Origin: an uncultured Bacteroidales bacterium
GTDB lineage: Bacteria > Bacteroidota > Bacteroidia > Bacteroidales > UBA932
DNA length: 64,000 nucleotides
Assembly (NCBI GenBank): GCA_947170165.1
Contig: CAMVSK010000012.1
Coordinates: 2,332-66,331 of the forward strand
Direction of reading: 5' to 3'
Shown: piece after piece, positions 27,111-35,861 of the stretch
Layout: the number at the start of each line of letters is the position of its first letter
How positions within the stretch are numbered: position 1 is the stretch's first letter
Notes under the pieces: generated by a model
Seen by the model: the letters and a program-made list of their open reading frames with translations, nothing else
What the model was told of the DNA's origin: nothing
Databases searched by the model: none
Made by a program: the position numbers and the translations under genes

Positions 27111-29331
27111 ATTTCATTATGAATACCAGCTCCGCGCCGTCCTTGATGTCTTCGTAGCGGAGGGTGGTTCCCTTAAGCTTGACGCCATTCAGATAAACGG
27201 CTTTCACATACACGTGCTCGGGGCTCCAGTTTTTCGTGCGTACCGTGAGGGTGCCTCCGCCGGAAAGACGGACCTTCAGCCCAGGAACGCAAGGGGAGCC
27301 AAGTTCATATTCGTTGCTGCCGGGGCAGACGGGATAGAAGCCCAGGCAATTGAAAATGTACCAGGCACTCATCTGCCCGCAGTCGTCGTTGCCGCTTAGG
27401 GCGTCCGGGGTGTTGCCGTAGAAATGATCTGCCACGTAGCGCACCCATTTCTGGCATTCGCGGGGTTTGCCTAACTTATTGTAAAGATAGAGTACGTGAT
27501 GGCAGGGTTCGTTGCCGTGCCAGTATCCGCCGATGCGGCCCCAGATGTCGTGGGCGCCGGGGATGTCGTCGCTCATTTCGAGCTTGAAGATGCTGTCCAG
27601 ACGGTCCCGCAGGAACTTCTTGCCGGCAATCTGCATATACTCTTCGAATGCGTGCGGAACAGTCCAGGTGTACTGCATGGTGAAGCCTTCGGTGATATCA
27701 CCCCAACCGTTCACGGAGCCGGGGCCCTGGTAAGCGATGGGGGCGAAAGGTGTGCGCCAGTTGCCCTCTGAATCGCGCCCGCGGGTGTAGAATGTCTCTG
27801 GATCCACGAGATTCTTCCAGTTGCCGGAGCGCTTCAGGAAGAACTCGTAATCCTCCTCATGCCCGAGGAGTTTGGCGGCCTGGGCTATGCACCAGTCGTC
27901 GTAGGCGTATTCCAGAGTCTTGGAAACGGATTCCTTCTCCTTGTCGAAGGGAACATAGCCGAGCTCAGTGTATTCCGGGATGCAGTCGTAATGAGGGTTC
28001 GTGGCGGTGGTTTTCATCGCCTGGAAGGCACGCTCGTAGTCGAAGCCCTTCACGCCCTTCACCATCATGTCTGCAAGCACGGAACAGGAGTGGTAGCCTA
28101 TCATGCACCAGGTCTCGCCGCCGTAGAACGACCAAATTGGAAGCATGTGCTCGGTGCTCTTGTCGTAGTGCTCCAGCATGGAGTTGGCGAGGTCGGCCTG
28201 GAGAGGTTTGTTAACGAGGTTCAGCAGGGGATGGAAGGCTCTGTAGGTGTCCCAGAGCGAGAAAGTGGTGTAGTTGGTGAAGCCTTTGGCAGTTTCCACA
28301 GTGCCGTCGTGGGCGCGGAAACGACCGTCTATATCCTGGAAGAGGAAGGGGTGCTGGGCGGTGCGGTAGACGCTGGTGTAGAAAGTTTCCTTTGTGCGGA
28401 GGTCGCAGGAAGGATCCAGCTCGTACTTGCCGAGTTCCTTCTCCCAGAGATTCTCCGCCTCGGCGCGAACCGTTTCGAAGCCCTTGCCGTCAAGTTCGGA
28501 GAGATTCTTCAGCGCTCCGTCTGTGCCTACGGCAGATACCGCCACCTTGACGCTGACCTGCTGGCCGGCTCGGGTGGGGAATTTGATGCAGGCCTGAAGG
28601 CCGCGCCCCCAGGCTTCGAGCGAACTGCGGAAGCGTTTGGTGTTGTATATCACCGGCTTGCCCTCCTGAAGGATGACGAAATCCTTTATGGGCTCCGAAA
28701 AGCGAGCTGCAAAATAGACCTGGCGGCTGGGATTCCATCCGGCTACTATCTTGCTGCCTATGATGGTATGGTCGTCCAGCAGGCGGACGGTGGACCATTC
28801 GCACTTCCAGCGAAGAGTATGGTCAAGATCCACCATAATAAATGACTCCTTGCTCTCGGGATAGGTGAAGCGGAGTATGCCGCTGCGGGCGGCCGCGGTC
28901 ATCTCGGCCGTCACTCCGTAATCCGTAAGCTCCACGGTGTAGTAGCCGGGTGAGGCGGCCTCCTTTTCGTGGCTGAAACGGGACCTGTAGCCGCTGTCCG
29001 GATCCTCTGCCGTTCCCGTGGCAGATTTCAAAGTTCCGGTGCCGGGAACGAAGAGAAAGTCTCCCAGATCGGGAATGCCGGTGCCACTCAGGTGAGTGAG
29101 GCTGAAGCCCATTATCGTGGGCTTGTTATACTTGTAGCCGGCGGCCACATCGTAGTCGTAATCATCTGTGTCAGGGCTGATTTGGATTCCTCCAAAGGGG
29201 ATCTGGGCACCCGGGTAGACATTGCCGAACCCGTCGGTGCCTATGAAGGGATTGACATACTGAATCAGGCGTTCCTGCCCATTGGCGCTGATAGCAATAG
29301 CTATTGCCAGAACTGAAAGTATTCTTCTCAT
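27109..29331 (-). CDS. GH92 alpha-mannosidase
   Basis: YVNPFIGT, PGAQIPFGGIQISPDT, FSLWDTYRA, HGNEPCHH, GNDDCGQMSAWY. Confidence 0.93.
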   Translation of the reverse strand: MRRILSVLAIAIAISANGQERLIQYVNPFIGTDGFGNVYPGAQIPFGGIQISPDTDDYDYDVAAGYKYNKPTIMGFSLTHLSGTGIPDLGDFLFVPGTGTLKSATGTAEDPDSGYRSRFSHEKEAASPGYYTVELTDYGVTAEMTAAARSGILRFTYPESKESFIMVDLDHTLRWKCEWSTVRLLDDHTIIGSKIVAGWNPSRQVYFAARFSEPIKDFVILQEGKPVIYNTKRFRSSLEAWGRGLQACIKFPTRAGQQVSVKVAVSAVGTDGALKNLSELDGKGFETVRAEAENLWEKELGKYELDPSCDLRTKETFYTSVYRTAQHPFLFQDIDGRFRAHDGTVETAKGFTNYTTFSLWDTYRAFHPLLNLVNKPLQADLANSMLEHYDKSTEHMLPIWSFYGGETWCMIGYHSCSVLADMMVKGVKGFDYERAFQAMKTTATNPHYDCIPEYTELGYVPFDKEKESVSKTLEYAYDDWCIAQAAKLLGHEEDYEFFLKRSGNWKNLVDPETFYTRGRDSEGNWRTPFAPIAYQGPGSVNGWGDITEGFTMQYTWTVPHAFEEYMQIAGKKFLRDRLDSIFKLEMSDDIPGAHDIWGRIGGYWHGNEPCHHVLYLYNKLGKPRECQKWVRYVADHFYGNTPDALSGNDDCGQMSAWYIFNCLGFYPVCPGSNEYELGSPCVPGLKVRLSGGGTLTVRTKNWSPEHVYVKAVYLNGVKLKGTTLRYEDIKDGAELVFIMK

Positions 29332-31640
29332 AGCGAGTAGGGTTTTGTGCCGGCTGCGATGCCGCGGCGCTTATTGGGATTCTTGCTCATTACGAACTCT
29401 AGAGTGCCTCCTTGGAGCAGTTCGTCGTGAGTGATATAGAGCTTGTCGTAAACCTTGCCGTTAAGCTTCACGCTCTTTACATAACGGTTGCGGTCGCTGA
29501 CTCCGGGTGCCTTGATCTCGAGGGTTTTTCCGTTGGCGAGTTGAAGCTTTGCGTAGGGGAGATAGGGGGCTCCGATTACATACTGGTCGGTGCCGGGGCA
29601 GACAGGGTAGAATCCGAGCACGGAGAAGATGTACCATGCGCTCATCTGACCGCAGTCGTCGTTGCCGCCCAGGCCACGGATCTCGGGCTTGTAGAAGCGG
29701 TCAATTATCTCCCTTAGCCAGTACTGGGTCTTCCAGGGCTGGGAAGTCCAGGCATAAAGATAAGGGATATGGTGGCTGGGCTCGTTGCCGTGCACATATC
29801 CGCCGAGCAGGCATTCAGCCGTGATATCTTCATTGTCGGCGTAGCAATACTCGGGGAGATCGCTGCCGAAGAGGTCGTCGAGATTGGCGATGAATTTCTT
29901 GTCTCCGCCCATAATCTGTTTGAGGCCGTTCACATCCTGAGGCACGTGGAAGGAATAGTTCAGGCTGTTGCCCTCGATAAATCCCTGGCCCACAGTCTGT
30001 TTGATATCGAACTCGGGCTTGAAGCTGCCGTCGGTATAACGGGGGCGGGCAAGACCCAGACCGGTGTCGAAAACGTTCTTCCAGTAGCCAGCGCGCTTCA
30101 GGTACTGCTCCGCAACCGCGGTGTTGCCCAGGCGCTGGGCGGCCGAGGCAATGGTCCAGTCGTCGTAGGCATATTCAAGGGTATTGCTGGCGGCGGTGGA
30201 TGTCTTGTCCAGCGGCACATATCCAAGCTTCATGTATTCGCCGAGGCCGCTGTACCACGGCACGGTGGAGGTGGAAACCATCGCCTTTAGTGCTTCTTCC
30301 GCGTCGATCTTCAGGCCTTTGGCAATCGCATCGGACAGCACGCTCACGCTGTGGTATCCCGTCATGCACCAGTTCTCGTTTGCCATGTGGCTCCAGATGG
30401 GAAGCATACCGTGGGGGCTCTGCTCGTAGTGGGCGAGCATCGAGGCAATCATATCTTCTGCCTGAGCAGGCTTGAGAAGCGCCAGGAAAGGGTGTTCCGC
30501 ACGGTAGGTGTCCCAGAGGGAGAAGACTGTGTAGTTGGTGAAGCCCTCCGCCCTGTGGAGTTCATGGTCGAGGCCGCGGTAGAGCCCGTCAACATCCTGA
30601 TAGACGGAAGGATTGATCATGGTGTGGTAGAGGGAGGTGTAGAACATTTTCTTCTCGGCCTCGCTGCCTTGGATGTCGATGCAGGAGAGCTCTTTCTCCC
30701 ATGCTGCCTCCGCTTCGGCGAGTATGCGGTCGAAGCTCTTTCCCTCGGCCTCCGCCTTCAGGTTCTTGAGTGCACCTGTGGTGCCGGTGGCGGAGATGCC
30801 GACCTTCACGGTGAGTTCGGGGTTGGCGGCAGTGTCGAACTTGAACCAGGCCGCGAGCTTGCGCCCGGCCATCTCCGGGAAATTGTGGTACTGGGGGAAC
30901 TTGCTGTATCCTCCTTTATAATAAATGGGGGCCTTGTCCTTGTAGCCATATTCGGTGACTGGTTGGGAGAAACTAATTGCGAAGTAGGTGTAATTCGTTC
31001 TTGCCCAGCCGTTTGTGATACGGTAGCCGGTTATCAGGGTGGGAGAAACCACGCGGACCTCCGCCCAAAGGGTCTTGCCGTCGTAATTATAGATGCCGTG
31101 GTCGAGGTCCAGCACCAGATGGCCTCCGGCGGAAGGGAAGGTGTAGCGGTGCACGCCAACCCGCTGCGTGGCGGTCAGTTCCGCCTTGATGCCGGAGTCC
31201 GCGAGGGTGACTTCGTAATGCCCTGCACCGGCGGATTCGGTGCTGTGGCTGAAGCGCTGGCGGTATCCCGCATCGGGATCCTCAGCAGTGCCGGGAACCA
31301 GCTTCACCTCGCCCATGCCGGGCATGATGAGGATGTCTCCCAGGTCGGAGTGGCCGGTGCCGCTGAAATGGGTGTGGCTGAAGCCGACTATGGTGCTGTC
31401 GTCGTACTGGTAGCCGGCGCAATATTCATAGGTGCGCGGCTGATACTTGCCCTTGATGTTGTGGGGAATCATGTCGGTGTCCGGGCTGAGCTGCACGCCC
31501 CCGAAGGGAACGCAGGCACCGGGGAAGGTGTGCCCCATGCCGGCTGTGCCGATGAAAGGATCGACGTATTGCGTTTTTTGTGCGTAAAGGCTGAAAGTCA
31601 GGCAGATAAGTGCTGTGGTTACTAATACTCGTGTTTTCAT
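29328..31640 (-). CDS. GH92 alpha-mannosidase
   Basis: YVDPFIGT, HTFPGACVPFGGVQLSPDT, FSLWDTYRAEHP, FIEGNS, HGNEPSHH, GNDDCGQMSAWY; ATGA overlap with the next GH92. Confidence 0.93.
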   Translation of the reverse strand: MKTRVLVTTALICLTFSLYAQKTQYVDPFIGTAGMGHTFPGACVPFGGVQLSPDTDMIPHNIKGKYQPRTYEYCAGYQYDDSTIVGFSHTHFSGTGHSDLGDILIMPGMGEVKLVPGTAEDPDAGYRQRFSHSTESAGAGHYEVTLADSGIKAELTATQRVGVHRYTFPSAGGHLVLDLDHGIYNYDGKTLWAEVRVVSPTLITGYRITNGWARTNYTYFAISFSQPVTEYGYKDKAPIYYKGGYSKFPQYHNFPEMAGRKLAAWFKFDTAANPELTVKVGISATGTTGALKNLKAEAEGKSFDRILAEAEAAWEKELSCIDIQGSEAEKKMFYTSLYHTMINPSVYQDVDGLYRGLDHELHRAEGFTNYTVFSLWDTYRAEHPFLALLKPAQAEDMIASMLAHYEQSPHGMLPIWSHMANENWCMTGYHSVSVLSDAIAKGLKIDAEEALKAMVSTSTVPWYSGLGEYMKLGYVPLDKTSTAASNTLEYAYDDWTIASAAQRLGNTAVAEQYLKRAGYWKNVFDTGLGLARPRYTDGSFKPEFDIKQTVGQGFIEGNSLNYSFHVPQDVNGLKQIMGGDKKFIANLDDLFGSDLPEYCYADNEDITAECLLGGYVHGNEPSHHIPYLYAWTSQPWKTQYWLREIIDRFYKPEIRGLGGNDDCGQMSAWYIFSVLGFYPVCPGTDQYVIGAPYLPYAKLQLANGKTLEIKAPGVSDRNRYVKSVKLNGKVYDKLYITHDELLQGGTLEFVMSKNPNKRRGIAAGTKPYSL

Positions 31641-31644
31641 ATTT

Positions 31645-31652
31645 CAAAGATA
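31645..31652 (-). promoter_or_regulatory. -7 box (TATCTTTG) for GH92 pair
   Basis: Exact TAnnTTTG match 4 nt before ATG 31640. Confidence 0.6.
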
Positions 31653-31714
31653 AGGATTTTTTTATTAGAAAAATTGCTATCTTTAACGGATTATTGACAA
31701 TAAAACTAATTCTG

Positions 31715-34519
31715 ATGAAAAGATTCATCTATTTCCTGATTGTCTCTGCGGCATTGCTTGCCGCCGGATGCTCCGAGTACGACGACAGCGGCATACTGTC
31801 GCGTCTGGAGAAACTCGAAAAGGATGTGGCGGAACTGAAGGCGGACGTAGCCCGCGCCAACAGTGACATCGCCGCTCTCCGCACTTTGATTGATGTGGTC
31901 CAGCAGAACCAGGTAAAGCCCGAAGACATTGTCAGCGTGACGAGCGTCAAAGCTGTGGAGAAGGATGGAGTCAGCGGCTGGCAGATAAACTTTTCTGACG
32001 GCCGGGATCCTATCACCATATGGAACGGAAAGGATTCATCGGCGCCGGTGATGGGCGTCACAACCATAGACGGCATACTCTATTGGACAGTGAATGGAGT
32101 GCCTGTAATCGACCCTTCCACCTTACAGAAGATTCCGGTCCGGGGAAAGGACGGCATCAACGGCACCAACGGCATCACCCCGAAACTCAAGATAGAGGAC
32201 GGATACTGGTATGTTTCGTATGATGATGAGAAAACCTGGATCAAGTTGGACAAAGCCACATCCGGAAGCGGCAGCGGCGTGATTTTCCGAAGCGTGGAGG
32301 TTGTGGGCGGAAATGTGGTCTTTACCCTTTCCGACGGAACTCAGTACACGATTCCGCTCATAAGCGTGGCAAAGACTTCAGTCTTCGACGAAAACGATAT
32401 CGTCCTCTCGCTGGGAGCTGTCAGCGACGTGCATATCGGCAACGGATACGGCTCCGAAGCCAAGTTTACCGCAGCGCTCAATCAGTTGAAGATGAGGGCT
32501 GCGGAGCAGGATGCGAACGGACTGGATGCCGTCGTTGTTGCCGGAGACCTGATAAACACAAAGAATACCGGTCAAATCAGTACGTTCAAGTCTCTCTACG
32601 AACAGGTGTTCGACCCCAAGAAAGTGCCGATGATCTACACCGTGGGCAACCACGATATGAACGGCGGTTATGCATGGTCGGCCAACACAGTTGCCGACAA
32701 TGCTGCATTCCATTCCATACTCGGGGATGATTACTTCCTTACCGACCAGGATCAGACTGCGCGCAAGAACTTCGAGTGCAGGCACTGCATAGTGGGGAAT
32801 TACCATATCCTTTGCGTGACCCCTAACAGCTCCAAAACCGACGGCTCCATCCCGACGGTTTACGATGCTCAGGCCATTACCTGGCTGAATTCCAAGCTGA
32901 AAGCAATTACCGAAGCGAATCCGGACCGCTATGTGATGGTGGTTACCCACCCCATGATTTACAATACGGTTTACGGAAGCGATCTGGGCAGATTCTGGTA
33001 CACCGAATCTCTGACATCCATACTCGAAGGATATCCTCAGGTGGTGACTTTCAGCGGGCACCTCCATTTCCCTCTGAACGATCCGCGCAGCATCTGGCAA
33101 GGTACTTTCACTTCTTTAGGATGTGCCTCGGTCAGTTATATGGCTTTCGAGGGTGGTAACTACGTCAACAAATCAAGTAGTACTGTTCTCAAGGATGCCG
33201 GAGAGTTCTCCGAAGGCCTTCTGGTGCAGTTCGACCGCAGCGGCAACGCCCGTTTCACCCGCATGGATTTCTATCGCTCCGCCGCCATTGGCAAGCCTTG
33301 GATAATCGATGCTCCCAAGGGGGACAAGTCGCATCTGGCCACCTATGACCATGTCGCTCTCGCGGCCGCGAATGAGGCTCCGACCCTTTCCACGCTGGAC
33401 GTCGAAATCGGTGAACTCAGCGATGGTCGGGCTCCTGTCACCGCTTGCTGGGCGGCAGGCTCTGATGATGAATTCGTTCATCATTATTCCTACACCCTGT
33501 CCAAGGGAGGAACTGTCGTAGATTCCAAATTGGTAATGTCGGATTTCTACCGTTCTCCCCAGGTCTCTATGATGAAGTCGGAATACGAAATGTCTTTGGG
33601 GACGCTCGAGAGCGGTGATTATGTTTTAAGTCTCTCTGCAGTGGATTCGTGGGGTGCCGTCAGTGCTCCGATAGAAAAAGCATTCACCGTTGGTGAGCCC
33701 AAGTATGGGGCTTGGGTGAACGATGCCGCAGGGAATACTGCTTTTGATGGAGGAAGTGGCTCTGTCAGTGGTTCCTGGGTCAGCTATTCAACTGGTTCCG
33801 TGTCTTGGACTGCAAATAATACTGGTAAACCAAGGTCAGAAGAGATAACTCTCCCCAATGGTTTGAAATATACTGTTACCCAGTTGGTTCCTTCTGATTT
33901 CAAGGGGACCTGGAGTTTCCGTGCCCAGCGTTTCTCGAAAAATTCAAATGTGACTTCTGAAGCTTCTGATATCACTTTTGACGTAACCTTCCAGAATCCG
34001 CTATATGGCGAGACGTTAACTGATTACAATGGAATTGAGTATACGAACAACCTTGGATTGAGTGGCTTGTACCTGAATGCCGTGGCTGATGCGACGGTAG
34101 TTATCGACTACGCTAATAAGACTGTAAAATTCGGGCTTTTCCTCGATGAACGCAAGGCACAGCCGGTCAGCAACGGCAAGAGCGGCTATCCCTATGTATG
34201 CTTCATCCCTGAATGCGCCACAAACTGGATGGCGAGCCCCTGGAACTTTGTTCCCGTGCCCATCCACGCCAGCCAGAACTACACCTGGCTCTGGTTCAAC
34301 GTCAGCAGCGACTTTTCCACCCTCAACTACGACCAGCCCAACAAGCAGTACCTTCCCGGCACCAGTTCCGGTGCCTCTATGATCATAGGCATCACCTGTG
34401 CGGTATGCGCTAATGCCACTCCGGCCGCATCCGACATCAATAGCACCTATGATGTGATATATCAGGCCAATCCCAATAAAGTAAACACCAACGGCGGTTT
34501 CACCCTCACACGTAAATAG
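31715..34519 (+). CDS. Surface lipoprotein: DUF4988-like coiled coil/collagen-like stalk plus calcineurin-like metallophosphoesterase plus C-terminal domains
   Basis: Lipobox LAAG-C-SEYDD; GKDGINGTNGITPKLKIEDGYWYVSYD; metallophosphoesterase motifs SDVH, GDL, GNHD, HP, GHLH. Confidence 0.8.
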   Translation: MKRFIYFLIVSAALLAAGCSEYDDSGILSRLEKLEKDVAELKADVARANSDIAALRTLIDVVQQNQVKPEDIVSVTSVKAVEKDGVSGWQINFSDGRDPITIWNGKDSSAPVMGVTTIDGILYWTVNGVPVIDPSTLQKIPVRGKDGINGTNGITPKLKIEDGYWYVSYDDEKTWIKLDKATSGSGSGVIFRSVEVVGGNVVFTLSDGTQYTIPLISVAKTSVFDENDIVLSLGAVSDVHIGNGYGSEAKFTAALNQLKMRAAEQDANGLDAVVVAGDLINTKNTGQISTFKSLYEQVFDPKKVPMIYTVGNHDMNGGYAWSANTVADNAAFHSILGDDYFLTDQDQTARKNFECRHCIVGNYHILCVTPNSSKTDGSIPTVYDAQAITWLNSKLKAITEANPDRYVMVVTHPMIYNTVYGSDLGRFWYTESLTSILEGYPQVVTFSGHLHFPLNDPRSIWQGTFTSLGCASVSYMAFEGGNYVNKSSSTVLKDAGEFSEGLLVQFDRSGNARFTRMDFYRSAAIGKPWIIDAPKGDKSHLATYDHVALAAANEAPTLSTLDVEIGELSDGRAPVTACWAAGSDDEFVHHYSYTLSKGGTVVDSKLVMSDFYRSPQVSMMKSEYEMSLGTLESGDYVLSLSAVDSWGAVSAPIEKAFTVGEPKYGAWVNDAAGNTAFDGGSGSVSGSWVSYSTGSVSWTANNTGKPRSEEITLPNGLKYTVTQLVPSDFKGTWSFRAQRFSKNSNVTSEASDITFDVTFQNPLYGETLTDYNGIEYTNNLGLSGLYLNAVADATVVIDYANKTVKFGLFLDERKAQPVSNGKSGYPYVCFIPECATNWMASPWNFVPVPIHASQNYTWLWFNVSSDFSTLNYDQPNKQYLPGTSSGASMIIGITCAVCANATPAASDINSTYDVIYQANPNKVNTNGGFTLTRK

Positions 34520-34522
34520 AAT

Positions 34523-35860
34523 ATGATAACATCGATGCTTCTTTCTGCCCTGATGGCTCTCGGCATGGCCGGTGCCGATATCGACGAAGGTATAAAGGGT
34601 TATGTTCCTACTGCCGAGGCGGCTGCCGCCAAAGAGCAGTTCCGCGACGACAAGTTCGGCGTATTCATCCACTGGGGCGTGTATTCCATGCTCGCCCGTG
34701 GCGAATGGGTGATGAACGTCGACAAGATCCCCTACAAGGAATACTCCAAACTTCCGGGCGGATTCTATCCGTCGAAGTTCGATGCCGACCGCTGGGTTGC
34801 CCAGATCAAAGCCTCCGGCGCCAGGTACATCACCATCACCTCACGCCATCACGACGGATTCTCGATGTTCGACACCAAGGCGTCCGACTATGATATCATC
34901 GATGCATCCCCCTTCAAGAGGGACGTGCTCAAGGAACTTGCCGACGCCTGCCACCGTCAGGGAATCAAGCTGAACTTCTACTATTCCCTGCTGGACTGGG
35001 GCCGGGACGACTATCCCCGCGATCCCGCCATCGCACATACCGATAAGGAAAGGGAGATGTACGCCAAATATCTGGACTTCATGTGCGCCCAGATAACCGA
35101 GCTCCTCACCAACTACGGCCCCATCGGCTGCATCTGGTTCGACGGCGACTGGGCGAAGATCAAGAAGCCAGCTCCCGGCGAGCAGATCAAGATAGATTTC
35201 GACTGGGGATATGAGCGCATCTACACCCTCATCCACAGCCTTCAGCCTTCCTGCCTGGTGGGCAATAACCACCACCGCGTTCCCATTCCCGGGGAGGATA
35301 TCCAGATATTTGAACGCGACATCCCCGGAGAGAACCAGGCCGGTTACGGCCGCACCAGCCACGTCAGCACCGAGCTGGCCCTTGAGACCTGCAAGACCCT
35401 TAACAAGAGCTGGGGATATGACATCAAGGACGAGAACTGGAAGTCTGTTCCCGAACTTATCCGCATCCTGCTTGCAACCTCCGGCCGCAACGCCAACCTT
35501 CTGCTGAACGTAGGCCCTCAGCCTGACGGATGCATCCCCGAAGAGAGTGTCGTACGCCTGGCGGAGATGGGTAAGTGGCTGAGTGCCAATGGAGAGACCA
35601 TCTTCGGCACCCGCGCCACCATGCTCAAGCCTCAGCCCTGGGGAGTGCTCACTCACAAGGAAGGCAAGATATATCTTCACGTTATGGAGGCCCCCGAAGG
35701 CGGTGTTATAACCCTGCCCTTCAAGCTTAAGGCAAAGAAGGTAAAGGAGTTTGCCACCGGTGCTCCTCTCAAGTTCAAGAAGGGCAAGAAGGATTTCACC
35801 GTCACAGTGCCCTCCGGCATAGACTGCAGCATAGATTATATAATTGAAATAGATTTATAG
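34523..35860 (+). CDS. GH29 alpha-L-fucosidase
   Basis: DKFGVFIHWGVYS, ITITSRHHDGF, IWFDGDW, ETCKTLNKSWGY, NLLLNVGPQPDG. Confidence 0.92.
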   Translation: MITSMLLSALMALGMAGADIDEGIKGYVPTAEAAAAKEQFRDDKFGVFIHWGVYSMLARGEWVMNVDKIPYKEYSKLPGGFYPSKFDADRWVAQIKASGARYITITSRHHDGFSMFDTKASDYDIIDASPFKRDVLKELADACHRQGIKLNFYYSLLDWGRDDYPRDPAIAHTDKEREMYAKYLDFMCAQITELLTNYGPIGCIWFDGDWAKIKKPAPGEQIKIDFDWGYERIYTLIHSLQPSCLVGNNHHRVPIPGEDIQIFERDIPGENQAGYGRTSHVSTELALETCKTLNKSWGYDIKDENWKSVPELIRILLATSGRNANLLLNVGPQPDGCIPEESVVRLAEMGKWLSANGETIFGTRATMLKPQPWGVLTHKEGKIYLHVMEAPEGGVITLPFKLKAKKVKEFATGAPLKFKKGKKDFTVTVPSGIDCSIDYIIEIDL

Positions 35861-35861
35861 T

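Noticed and set aside
34140-34519. Possible diversity-generating retroelement variable region at the lipoprotein C-terminus
   Set aside because: No reverse transcriptase and no template repeat differing at adenines seen in the window.
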